DNA of 62,681 nt, the filler included, from a bacterium (GTDB lineage: Bacteria; JAMOTN01), in NCBI GenBank assembly GCA_027062325.1. It is 3 parts of 3 records of this genome, joined end to end, with 100 filler letters (N's around TTAATTAATTAA, not from the genome) between each part and the next. Parts side by side here need not be neighbours in the genome. Positions count along the whole stretch, not along the records: positions 25,894 to 51,283 come from JAMOTN010000060.1; positions 51,384 to 62,681 come from JAMOTN010000080.1; 1 more part is not named here. One strand, written 5' to 3'. Shown here in pieces: positions 42,360 to 52,747 of this stretch. The notes under the pieces were generated by a model. The model ran no database searches. It was given only the letters and a program-made list of their open reading frames with translations, and had not been told where the DNA came from. The position numbers and the translations under genes are program-made. Numbering within the stretch: the first letter of the stretch is position 1; every line of letters starts with the position of its first letter.

Positions 42360-42806
42360 GTGGCTTTACCAAGAAGCTATAGATTACCTACATCTAAAAT
42401 TGCGAGGTGTATTAGAGAAGGAAAAAGTTTCAGGGGGAGTTACATAAGGTGGCGCTATAGATTGTACCCCCCTGATATTCAAACCGTTAGAACTCTTAAA
42501 GGGAAAACCTCAGATGTCCAGAAGGTAAAAGGAAAGAAGATCAAGGTTAAAGTAGCGGTGGCCCTCAGGCGTGATCTGAGGGCTTCTTTTATTAGACAAA
42601 AGGTCAAAAGAAGAGTAGAAGCTTCCTTTTGGCAGGCTCTTAGAGAGTTGAGGTCCAGGCAGGATACAAACTTAGTTGCCCATGGGGATGTAGGGGAGAT
42701 AGAGGTTCACATAGTCGCAATACCATCTGTTCACTCATACTGGGCAGAGTGGAAGTTTCTAGTTAGAGATTGGGTAAGGTTTTTAAAAAGAGTGTCGAAT
42801 TATTGA
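42360..42806 (+). CDS. rnpA: Ribonuclease P protein component (divergent)
   Basis: Between rpmH and yidD; LPRSYRL, basic helix IRQKVKRR at the RNR position; start uncertain (42327 or 42360). Confidence 0.65.
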   Translation: MALPRSYRLPTSKIARCIREGKSFRGSYIRWRYRLYPPDIQTVRTLKGKTSDVQKVKGKKIKVKVAVALRRDLRASFIRQKVKRRVEASFWQALRELRSRQDTNLVAHGDVGEIEVHIVAIPSVHSYWAEWKFLVRDWVRFLKRVSNY

Positions 42807-42863
42807 ACTTAAGCAATACATGGGTTGATTTGAGGATTCTGTAAAATCCAGGGGAGGATATAA

Positions 42864-43106
42864 ATGAGGTCTATCGATCATCTTTTGAGGAAGGTGTTGG
42901 TTCTCATAATAGAAATCTGGCAAAGGTTATTCTCTCCCATTTTTGGACAAAATTGCCGATTCTATCCAACTTGCAGTGCTTACGCAAAGGAAGCAATAAT
43001 TAAAAAAGGTGTAGTAAGAGGTAGCATAATGGCTGCGTGGAGAATTTTAAGATGTAATCCTTTTAGTAAGGGTGGATACGACCCTGTTGATCCAGATGAA
43101 AGCTAG
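42864..43106 (+). CDS. yidD: Membrane protein insertion efficiency factor
   Basis: CRFYPTCSAY, RILRCNPF, GGYDPV. Confidence 0.95.
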   Translation: MRSIDHLLRKVLVLIIEIWQRLFSPIFGQNCRFYPTCSAYAKEAIIKKGVVRGSIMAAWRILRCNPFSKGGYDPVDPDES

Positions 43107-43249
43107 CTTGTAGTTGCAATTACTGCGTTTACTCAATTACCGTGACATTTTCGTTGTTAAACGCCTGTAGATGAGTTATACTCTATGAAGTGCTTGAGTT
43201 TTTCCTTTCATGGTTTAAAAACTTAAAAGTTATAAAGAGGGGGATGGGG

Positions 43250-44455
43250 ATGAGAAAATTTCTTATTTTAATCTGTGAGGTAGTTCTTGCGTTTGCAGGT
43301 ATTGCAGCATCACAAGGTGAAGTACTGGTTGTTTCCCCTGTTCAAGCAACGTCTATTGCAACATGTAAGGTTGGCAGTGCGGAGAATGCGTACGGTGTGC
43401 TTTCGTTCAAAATAAAAAGGGATAGACTTCGTATAAGGGAAGTTTATAAAGTCCCGATATTTTCCGTTTTAAGAAGAGGTGCATCAACTAAGTCAAGAGC
43501 TGTACGCTTCGTGGAAGTCAAAGGAAAAGGTGTTGTTATAGATTACGCAACCTACCCTGTCGAGATTCGTATATTCAGTTATAAAAAACCTGATGACTAC
43601 GTTCTTATAAACGGTAAAAAGCATTACATAAAAGGTATAAAGTGGGAAGGAAGTGCAACAGAAGCGATTTTTATAGAAAACTTTACGGTCAGAAGGATTG
43701 TTGGAAAAATAATGTCTGTCAGGGCAACAAACGAATATTTGATAATGAGGGTAGCCTCTCCGCTTACATTTTCTGCTACGACTACGGCTATGGATGAGCC
43801 GTACTTTAAGTACCTGAACAAAAGTATCCTTTACACCATTTTTCTAAAAGCTTTACTTTGGTTTAAAAATCTCACAGGAAGCTTTGGAATTGCCATAATA
43901 ATTCTCACATTCATACTTAGATCGGTGCTTCTCAGGCCTCTTAACTGGAAGCAGTTTGATGCTATGAGAAAACTGCAGGAGATGCAACCGGTTTTGAAGT
44001 CTATCCAAGAAAAGTACAAAGACAATCCTCAAGAAATGCAAAAGCAGATGGCAATGGTTTACTCGCGCTATGGAGTAAATCCATTTAGCGGATGCCTGCC
44101 GGCTCTAATACAAATACCAATTCTAATAGTCATGTTTGGTATTTTAAAAACAAGTGCTGAGATAAAGGGCTACGCGTTTTTGTGGATGAAGGATCTGGGA
44201 GAAGCTGACAGTACAGGAATAATGCCTCTTCTTGTTGCGCTATCTATGTATTTCCAGCCAGGACAGCAAAATCAGCAAGGGGCTATGGGAATAGTCATGC
44301 CGGTGTTTATGTTCCTAATAGCTAAAATGTTGCCGGCAGGAGTTTTGGTCTATTGGATTTCATCAAGTATATTCGGTTATATTGATCAGATGATCTGGAC
44401 AGGAAAGTTGAATTTGAGCTTTTTAAAAAGCAGTAAGGGGTCTAATAATCAGTAG
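43250..44455 (+). CDS. yidC: Membrane protein insertase YidC
   Basis: FGIAIIILT, IQEKYKDNP, NPFSGCLP, FLWMKDL, PAGVLVYW. Confidence 0.92.
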   Translation: MRKFLILICEVVLAFAGIAASQGEVLVVSPVQATSIATCKVGSAENAYGVLSFKIKRDRLRIREVYKVPIFSVLRRGASTKSRAVRFVEVKGKGVVIDYATYPVEIRIFSYKKPDDYVLINGKKHYIKGIKWEGSATEAIFIENFTVRRIVGKIMSVRATNEYLIMRVASPLTFSATTTAMDEPYFKYLNKSILYTIFLKALLWFKNLTGSFGIAIIILTFILRSVLLRPLNWKQFDAMRKLQEMQPVLKSIQEKYKDNPQEMQKQMAMVYSRYGVNPFSGCLPALIQIPILIVMFGILKTSAEIKGYAFLWMKDLGEADSTGIMPLLVALSMYFQPGQQNQQGAMGIVMPVFMFLIAKMLPAGVLVYWISSSIFGYIDQMIWTGKLNLSFLKSSKGSNNQ

Positions 44456-44625
44456 TGTAAGTGTATAAAGAGACTGGAATAGGTAGATACATTTTAAAAT
44501 GATTGAATGCTGCTTGAGGGTTTCTGCATTTTATTTGAAGTTTCTGTTTTGTGTTTTAAAATTTGAGATGTGAGTTAACAACTTATAAGGCTTCCGGATA
44601 TTGATAAGGGTGGGATAGTAGAGGC

Positions 44626-44928
44626 ATGCCGAATGTCAATGGAAAGGAGTATACAGATTGTGCAAAAGAAATGTTAAAGATGGCAGTAGCTGCTATTCTT
44701 GCTGGCCAAGATTACAAATTGACAATCGAAAACGTTACTCCAAAAGGAAAAAAAGAACAACATATTGAAGTGAAAATCTATTGTAGAGAAGGAGGCTGGC
44801 TTATAGGAAAGAGGGGAGTAAGGCTTAATAGCCTTGCTAGGTTACTTGAAAGAATAATTCAAGAAAATTGTGAAGAAGATTATGTTCTAGCTTCTGTGGA
44901 GGTGAACGGCTACAGGTGGACACAATAG
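44626..44928 (+). CDS. KH-domain protein in the jag/khpB position
   Basis: LIGKRGVRLNSL GxxG loop, VEVNGYR; between yidC and mnmE. Confidence 0.7.
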   Translation: MPNVNGKEYTDCAKEMLKMAVAAILAGQDYKLTIENVTPKGKKEQHIEVKIYCREGGWLIGKRGVRLNSLARLLERIIQENCEEDYVLASVEVNGYRWTQ

Positions 44929-46289
44929 TTGCTCCTGCTACTCCAACAGGTGGTGCAATAGCTATAGTAAGAGTATCCGGGGAGGATGCATTCCACATAG
45001 TCGAAAGTAGCTTCAAAGTAAATTTGGCTGTAAAAGATGGAAAGTGGAATGCGACTTTAAAAAAGTTAAAAATTGGCGATGAGGTGCTGGATGAATGTAT
45101 AGTCCTTACAATGCCTGCTCCAAAGAGCTATACGGGGGAAAACATGGTAGAGATTCATTCTCACGGTAGCTCATTCATAGTTAGAAAAATTGTCGATACC
45201 TTGATAAAGCACGGAGCAAGAGCTGCACAACCCGGAGAGTTTACCAAAAGAGCTGTTCTCAATGGAAAGATGAGTATACTACAGGCAGAGGCTATAAATT
45301 GGCTAATACGCTCAGAGAACTCAAAGGGATGGGAGATAGCGAAAAAGCAGCTTGAAGGAGAATTTGAAGCTGTAATTAGAAAGTTACGCAAGGGTATAAT
45401 AGACCTAGCTAGTGACATGGTAGCAGATCTTGACTTCTCAGATCAAGTAGAGCTATCTATGGATTATTTCGAAAAGAAGGCAAGATACGTTTTAGGTGTC
45501 CTTGAAAAGATTGTGAAGTCCTTAGAAAGAAGTGTTGTAATATTTAATGAGACAAAAGTAGTCATAGCTGGACGTCCTAATGCAGGAAAGTCATCACTTA
45601 TGAATTCTCTTTTAGGAAGAGATAGAGTAATAGTTTCGGATATCGAGGGCACAACAAGGGATTTTGTCTCAGAAACTGTCAATATAGGTGGTTTTAGAAT
45701 CAGATTAGTAGATACTGCCGGTATAAGATTGAATGCGAGTGATGAAGTTGAGAGAGAGGGAATAAGGAAGGCTTACAGGGAAATAGAAGGAGCCACGGTG
45801 CTACTGTTGGTTGTTGATTTAGAGAGGGGATTTGGGGATTACGAAAAGAATGTTTTGTTGAGTGCAAATGGTGAGATCATCATTGTTTTGAACAAGTCAG
45901 ATAGAGTTGATGATTCTAGAATAAGTGAAGTGATGGAAAGTGTGACGACCTGGGTGAAGAATGAAGAGTTGGATTGTGGAAGAGTAAATTTTGCAATAAC
46001 TGTTGCAAAAGATGGGATAATACACGAAGTTGTTGATAAGTTGAAGACAATTTTAAAAGGAATTTTGGATGTAGAAATACCAGTTGTTCCCCAGGAGAGA
46101 TATCTTGCGTTATTCAAGGATGCGCATAAAAGAGCTCAGGAAGTGGTAGATGCAGTTAGGAATGGCATGTTGGATGCGGCTTCGTTCCTTCTTGAAGAGA
46201 TAGTTCGTGATCTTGAATTTGTGCTGGGAAAAGTGGATGTAGAAGAAGTTTTAGACGAAGTTTTCAGTAAATTTTGTATTGGAAAGTAA
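44916..46289 (+). CDS. mnmE: tRNA modification GTPase MnmE
   Basis: DTIVAPAT, SYTGE, PGEFTKRA, GRPNAGKSS, GTTRD, DTAG, NKSD, FCIGK. Confidence 0.97.
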   Translation: MDTIVAPATPTGGAIAIVRVSGEDAFHIVESSFKVNLAVKDGKWNATLKKLKIGDEVLDECIVLTMPAPKSYTGENMVEIHSHGSSFIVRKIVDTLIKHGARAAQPGEFTKRAVLNGKMSILQAEAINWLIRSENSKGWEIAKKQLEGEFEAVIRKLRKGIIDLASDMVADLDFSDQVELSMDYFEKKARYVLGVLEKIVKSLERSVVIFNETKVVIAGRPNAGKSSLMNSLLGRDRVIVSDIEGTTRDFVSETVNIGGFRIRLVDTAGIRLNASDEVEREGIRKAYREIEGATVLLLVVDLERGFGDYEKNVLLSANGEIIIVLNKSDRVDDSRISEVMESVTTWVKNEELDCGRVNFAITVAKDGIIHEVVDKLKTILKGILDVEIPVVPQERYLALFKDAHKRAQEVVDAVRNGMLDAASFLLEEIVRDLEFVLGKVDVEEVLDEVFSKFCIGK

Positions 46290-46301
46290 GCTTATGTAGA
46301 G

Positions 46302-48221
46302 GTGATGTGTTTGTTTGATGATAAATACGATGTGGTTGTTATAGGAGCTGGACATGCAGGAATAGAAGCTGCAGCTGTTGTTAAGAGAATGGGTAAGAAA
46401 GTGTGCCTGTTTACATTTGATTTAGATACAATTGGTCTTACGCCTTGTAATCCAGCAGTAGGAGGTCCAGGAAAAGGACATTTAGTATTTGAAATAGACG
46501 CTATGGGTGGAGTTATGGGAGAACTAGTTCACCGTTCCTACACTCAAATAAGAGTTCTTATGACTTCGCGAGGAAATACTGCAAGGGTTTTAAGAGCACA
46601 GATAGATAAAAAAATGTATCAGCTTGAAGCTAGAAAAATACTGGAGGAAATGGGGGTAGATGTAAAACAAGACGAAGTTGTTGAGATTGTTATAGAGAAA
46701 GGGCGTGTCAAAGGAGTAAAGACGGCTCTTGGTAAGCTCTACTCGTGTGAAAAGGTTATTCTAACAGCTGGAACCTACCTCGATGCAGAAATAGTTTTGG
46801 GTTTTAAAAAGTGGAGAGCAGGGCCTTCAAATCATATGGCAAGTTATGCACTAACAAAACGCCTTTTAAAGCATGGAGTTGAGGTAACGCGTTTTCAAAC
46901 AGCAACTCCTATGAGGGTTGATGGTAGAACTATTGATTTTCAACTGATGAAGCCTCTAATGCCGGATGTAGGAATAACATCTTTTAAGTTTGGTAAAAAA
47001 GTAGACAAAATTAGACAAGTTCCTAGTTACTTAACTTACACAACAAAAGAAACTGTTGAGGTGATAAAACAGCACCTTTCGACCTCCCCCATAGTTATAG
47101 GAAATATTGCAGAAGCAGGTCCAAGATTCTGTCCTTCAATAGACAGAAAAGTCATAAACTTTCCGGAAAAGCCAGATCATCAGATTTTTGTAGAACCAGA
47201 AGGTTTCAACACAGTGGAGTGGTATTTGCAAGGATTGACCACTAGTATGCCTCCTTACGTACAGCACAAAATTCTAGAGAGTATTCCATCGCTAAAAAGA
47301 GCGAGGATAACTCGTTATGGATATGCTATAGAGTATAATGTTTTTCCTCCGTTTAAACAGTTAAAGCCGACACTTGAGCATATAAATGTTAAGGGGCTTT
47401 ACTTTGCAGGGCAGATAAACGGGACAAGTGGTTATGAAGAAGCGGCGGCGCAGGGACTCATTGCTGGAATAAATGCGGCACTTTCGTTGGATGGAGGTAA
47501 AGAGTTGGTGCTGTCGCGCTCATCCAGTTACATAGGGGTTCTAATAGATGATATAACGACAAAGAGTTTTACGGAGCCGTACCGGTTGTACACTTCCAGA
47601 GTGGAGTACAGAATGATACTGAGGGCAAGCACGGCATACTTTAGATTAACCCCTATAGCGTACAGACTTGGCGTAGTTGATCGGAAGTTTTACGAAGAGG
47701 TTGAGAGGTTAAGAAAAGAGATTCAACGCACAGTTGAATTATTAAAGCTGAAAAAAATTGCTCCAACAAAAAAGGTTAATGAGAAGCTGAAAGAGGTTGG
47801 TTCTACAGCACTTTCAAAAAAAGTAAGTTTGGCAGAGATTTTAAAGCGTCCGGAGTTTAACTACAGTTTGTTAAAACGCCTTTTTCCGGAATATGTTCCC
47901 GAATTGAGCTCTCCTGATGCAGAGTTTGAAGTGGAAACTGAGATAAAGTACGAAGCATACATAAAGAGGCAACTTTCAAGAGTATGGAAAAGAGAAAAGT
48001 TTGAGAAGTTTGAAGTGCCAGAAGGTTTTGATTGGAATCTTTTGCGCGGTAAAATTTCTGCAGAGGCTTTGGATGAGTTGATCAGAACAAGTCCATCTTC
48101 TGGCAAAGAAATAGCGAGGTTAGCGCGCGTAAGTGAGGAGGATCTGGTTTTTTTATATCAATTTTTCAGAGACAAGAAGTTTAGATTGAGGATTTTAGGT
48201 ATGAAGGCGGAGGAGTTATAA
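46302..48221 (+). CDS. mnmG: MnmG/GidA paralog 1 (variant motifs)
   Basis: GAGHAG, CNPAVGG, GPRFCPSIDRK, YAIEY, GQINGTSGYEEAAAQG. Confidence 0.9.
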   Translation: MMCLFDDKYDVVVIGAGHAGIEAAAVVKRMGKKVCLFTFDLDTIGLTPCNPAVGGPGKGHLVFEIDAMGGVMGELVHRSYTQIRVLMTSRGNTARVLRAQIDKKMYQLEARKILEEMGVDVKQDEVVEIVIEKGRVKGVKTALGKLYSCEKVILTAGTYLDAEIVLGFKKWRAGPSNHMASYALTKRLLKHGVEVTRFQTATPMRVDGRTIDFQLMKPLMPDVGITSFKFGKKVDKIRQVPSYLTYTTKETVEVIKQHLSTSPIVIGNIAEAGPRFCPSIDRKVINFPEKPDHQIFVEPEGFNTVEWYLQGLTTSMPPYVQHKILESIPSLKRARITRYGYAIEYNVFPPFKQLKPTLEHINVKGLYFAGQINGTSGYEEAAAQGLIAGINAALSLDGGKELVLSRSSSYIGVLIDDITTKSFTEPYRLYTSRVEYRMILRASTAYFRLTPIAYRLGVVDRKFYEEVERLRKEIQRTVELLKLKKIAPTKKVNEKLKEVGSTALSKKVSLAEILKRPEFNYSLLKRLFPEYVPELSSPDAEFEVETEIKYEAYIKRQLSRVWKREKFEKFEVPEGFDWNLLRGKISAEALDELIRTSPSSGKEIARLARVSEEDLVFLYQFFRDKKFRLRILGMKAEEL

Positions 48222-50095
48222 TGTTGGGCTCAAAGTTTGATGTTGTAGTCATTGGAGCGGGGCACGCCGGTGTAGAGGCTGCCCTAGCAGCAGCAAGAAT
48301 AGGGGCAAGGGTGCTTCTTATAACGCAAAATTTGGATGTTGTTGCTAAAGCTTCTTGTAATCCATCTGTTGGGGGACCTGGGAAAACTCAACTTGTATAT
48401 GAGATATCTGCGCTAGGTGGGGCAATAGGAAGGTTTACAGATAAAACCAGCATCCATAAGCGAATATTGAATACCAGAAAGGGCAAAGCTGTGTGGGCTT
48501 TGCGAGCTCAAATTGATAGGTTTTTTTATGCAAAATATGCTAAGGAGTTTGTAGAGAAGGAGCAAAATTTGGTGGTTTTACAAGGAGTGGTTGACAAAAT
48601 TATTTTAGAAGGGGAAGGGAAATATAGGGTTAAAGGAGTATGGGTTCGTCATGTTGGTGAATTTTTTGCGCCTTGTGTGGTATATTGCCCTGGCACTTTT
48701 CCGAATGGAAAGGTTTTCATAGGTAAAGATTTTGAAATAAAAGTTGGAAGGATGGGAGAAAAGGCTACGGGAAAGATAACAGATCAGCTAAAAGAGCTTG
48801 GAATGGATATAGGGAGGTTAAAAACGGGTACTCCACCTCGTGTGAAGATAACTAGCGTTAATCTAAAGTTGTGTGAACTCCAACCTTCAGAAGCTATAGA
48901 TTGGCCATTTGACTATTGGGAGGAATTGAATGAGAGCAGAATAGAACTTCCATGTTATATAACACGCTTGAGTGAAGAAGGTGCCAAGTTTATCAAGGAA
49001 AATTTATTAGAGAGTGCTTTATTTCTGGGGAAATTTGAAGGAGTTGGTCCTCGCTATTGTCCTTCGATCGAGGATAAGGTGCATAAGTTTGGAGTGAAGG
49101 AGTACTTGGTTTTTCTAGAGCCAGAAGGAGTTGGAATTGATGAATTTTATGTACAGGGGATGTCAACAAGTCTTCCTATGTGGGCTCAGGAGATTTATAT
49201 CCGTAAGATTAGAGGACTTGAAAATTGTGTGATAACACGCTATGGATATGCAATAGAGTACGACTATTTAAAGCCGTATCAGATAGAGAAAACGCTTGAG
49301 GTAAAGAAGATAGAAGGGTTGTTCACGGCAGGGCAGATAAACGGAACGAGTGGTTATGAAGAAGCAGCGGCTCAAGGAATTTTAGCAGGAATAAACGCGG
49401 CATTGAAAAGTTTAGGGGAGGATCTTTTGGTTTTAGGAAGAGATAGCTACATAGGTGTGTTGGTGGATGATCTTGCGGATAAGGTAATAGATGAGCCTTA
49501 CAGAATGTTTACCTCAAGGCTTGAGAGGAGAATGAGTGTGAGATGGGATAATGCGTGGCTTAGAATGGCCAAGATTTCTAGAAAACTTGGACTTCTTGAT
49601 AGAAGGGCAGAGAAGAAACTTTTAGATATGGAGAATACTTACAAGGAGATTGTTAAATTTTTAAGATGCTCTACGATTAAATGCGAAGTTAAGGGAAAGA
49701 GAAAAAGTGGCTTTAAGAAAAAATCTTTGTGGGAATTGTTGAAAAGGCAAGATGTTACACTTGAGAATTTGCTGAATTTTGCTTGCAATGAAGGAATGCT
49801 TCAATGTAGTTTGAAAAATGAGTGGTTAAAAAATAGATTTGTTACAGCTGCTGTGGAGATTGATTGCAAGTATGAAAATTTTATAAAAGCAGAGAAGAGA
49901 ATTTCTTTTGATGAAAGGACTTTAAAGAGAGTGGATTTGAGCAATGTAGATTACGATAAAATTCCCATATCTTTTGAAGCTAGACAGAAGTTAAAGAAGT
50001 ACAACCCCAAAACACTGCTTGAGGCTTATAAAATTGGTGGAATAAGAACTTCAGATATTGAGAATATACTGAAGTTTGTTTTAAGGGAAAGGTAA
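48221..50095 (+). CDS. mnmG: MnmG/GidA paralog 2
   Basis: GAGHAG, CNPSVGG, RLKTGTPPR, GPRYCPSIEDK, GQINGTSGYEEAAAQG. Confidence 0.93.
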   Translation: MLGSKFDVVVIGAGHAGVEAALAAARIGARVLLITQNLDVVAKASCNPSVGGPGKTQLVYEISALGGAIGRFTDKTSIHKRILNTRKGKAVWALRAQIDRFFYAKYAKEFVEKEQNLVVLQGVVDKIILEGEGKYRVKGVWVRHVGEFFAPCVVYCPGTFPNGKVFIGKDFEIKVGRMGEKATGKITDQLKELGMDIGRLKTGTPPRVKITSVNLKLCELQPSEAIDWPFDYWEELNESRIELPCYITRLSEEGAKFIKENLLESALFLGKFEGVGPRYCPSIEDKVHKFGVKEYLVFLEPEGVGIDEFYVQGMSTSLPMWAQEIYIRKIRGLENCVITRYGYAIEYDYLKPYQIEKTLEVKKIEGLFTAGQINGTSGYEEAAAQGILAGINAALKSLGEDLLVLGRDSYIGVLVDDLADKVIDEPYRMFTSRLERRMSVRWDNAWLRMAKISRKLGLLDRRAEKKLLDMENTYKEIVKFLRCSTIKCEVKGKRKSGFKKKSLWELLKRQDVTLENLLNFACNEGMLQCSLKNEWLKNRFVTAAVEIDCKYENFIKAEKRISFDERTLKRVDLSNVDYDKIPISFEARQKLKKYNPKTLLEAYKIGGIRTSDIENILKFVLRER

Positions 50096-50107
50096 AAAAT
50101 AAGAGAG

Positions 50108-50767
50108 TTGTCAAAAATGGACAAAATATACCAATATAAAATAGAAGGATATATCGGGAAAAATATAGAGTTTTTTCAAAGGATTTACAATTACTCACTT
50201 TTAAAAATAGAAAAATATAAGACAGAATTATACAAAATTAACAAAGCTAAAAATTTAACCTCTATACCTCCCGTAGAGTTTGAAAAACGCGTTATTGCTC
50301 CTGCATTTTCTATGTTTAAAGTGATTTTCTATTTCGTAAAGGAAGAAAATTTATCCGAAATTGTTGACATAGGATCAGGAGGTGGGTTGTTGGGAATACC
50401 AGTGAGCATATTTTTAAGTGTTTCAAAAGAGCTGGGATTCCTGGAAAAAAATCCTATGACTGTACTAGTTGAGAGAAGAAAAATGAAAGCTGCTGCTTTG
50501 ATGCTTTTTAAGGCTTTTTTAAGGGAGAACTTCAAAGTTTATGAAATGGGAGTTGAGGATTACTTTGCTGGAGTAAAACGAGGCAAGAGGTTGTGTATTG
50601 CAAGGGCGTTAAGGATAGAGAATAAGATGGCACATTCTATGAAGGGTAAGATTGGTGCTTTACTTACCTTTACTTCTTTAGATGATAAAGTTTTAAAGCT
50701 GTTCAATTTTTCCGATGTGTGCAGGCTCACAATTGACTCTGTTGAGATTTGGATGCACGTTGTTTAA
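50108..50767 (+). CDS. rsmG: 16S rRNA m7G527 methyltransferase (divergent)
   Basis: NLTSI, DIGSGGGLLGIP, LVERRKMK, ARA; follows mnmG. Confidence 0.75.
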   Translation: MSKMDKIYQYKIEGYIGKNIEFFQRIYNYSLLKIEKYKTELYKINKAKNLTSIPPVEFEKRVIAPAFSMFKVIFYFVKEENLSEIVDIGSGGGLLGIPVSIFLSVSKELGFLEKNPMTVLVERRKMKAAALMLFKAFLRENFKVYEMGVEDYFAGVKRGKRLCIARALRIENKMAHSMKGKIGALLTFTSLDDKVLKLFNFSDVCRLTIDSVEIWMHVV

Positions 50768-50815
50768 CGGTAAGGTATAATTTTTGTGAAGTGCGGGTCG
50801 TAAGGGGGAGATTTA

Positions 50816-51283
50816 GTGGTTGATAATAAGTCTTCTATTTCATCCGGAAATTCTAGTTTTGAGGTAAAGATACTTTCGCTGTCTCTTGTTAGGCCAGCTC
50901 TTGAACAGCCTAGAAAATACTTTGATGAGGATAAGCTAAGAAAGCTTGCAAGTTCTATAAAGGAAAAGGGGTTGATTCATCCAATAGTGGTTAGAAAAAA
51001 GGGAGATTACTATGAAATAGTTGCAGGTGAGAGAAGATACATTGCTTCTCAAATGGCGGGGCTGCAGGAGGTACCGGTGATAATACTCGATGTTGATGAC
51101 AAAGAGGCAATGGAGATAGCGCTTGTTGAGAATGAGTTGAGAGAAGATTTGAATCCGATAGAGAAGGCGGAAGCAGTTCAAAGAATGATAAAAATGTATA
51201 ACATGACTCAGGATGAGGCTGGGGAAATTTTAGGTGTGGATCGATCTACGATAAGTAATCTACTTAGACTCCTTAAGCTTCCA
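50816..51283 (+). CDS. parB: ParB/Spo0J partition protein, 3'-truncated at the contig end
   Basis: QPRKYF, IVAGERRY, ALVENELREDLNPIEKA, HTH DRSTISNLLRLL. Confidence 0.9.
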
Positions 51284-51383
51284 NNNNNNNNNNNNNNNNN
51301 NNNNNNNNNNNNNNNNNNNNNNNNNNNTTAATTAATTAANNNNNNNNNNNNNNNNNNNNNNNNNNNNNNNNNNNNNNNNNNNN
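51284..51383. other. Artificial contig-joining linker
   Basis: N44-TTAATTAATTAA-N44, identical to the first linker. Confidence 0.97.
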
Positions 51384-51385
51384 AT

Positions 51386-52690
<1,305 letters not shown>

Positions 52691-52747
52691 TTAAAAAATT
52701 TTGCTTACACCTTATATCCTATCATACGTTTTTCCTAAAAATAAGCT

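Noticed and set aside
46302-50095. mnmG duplication as an assembly error
   Set aside because: The copies differ throughout at protein and DNA level and lie within one contig
50816-51283. Noc nucleoid occlusion protein
   Set aside because: No N-terminal amphipathic helix, and the HTH lacks the Noc Q/K residues
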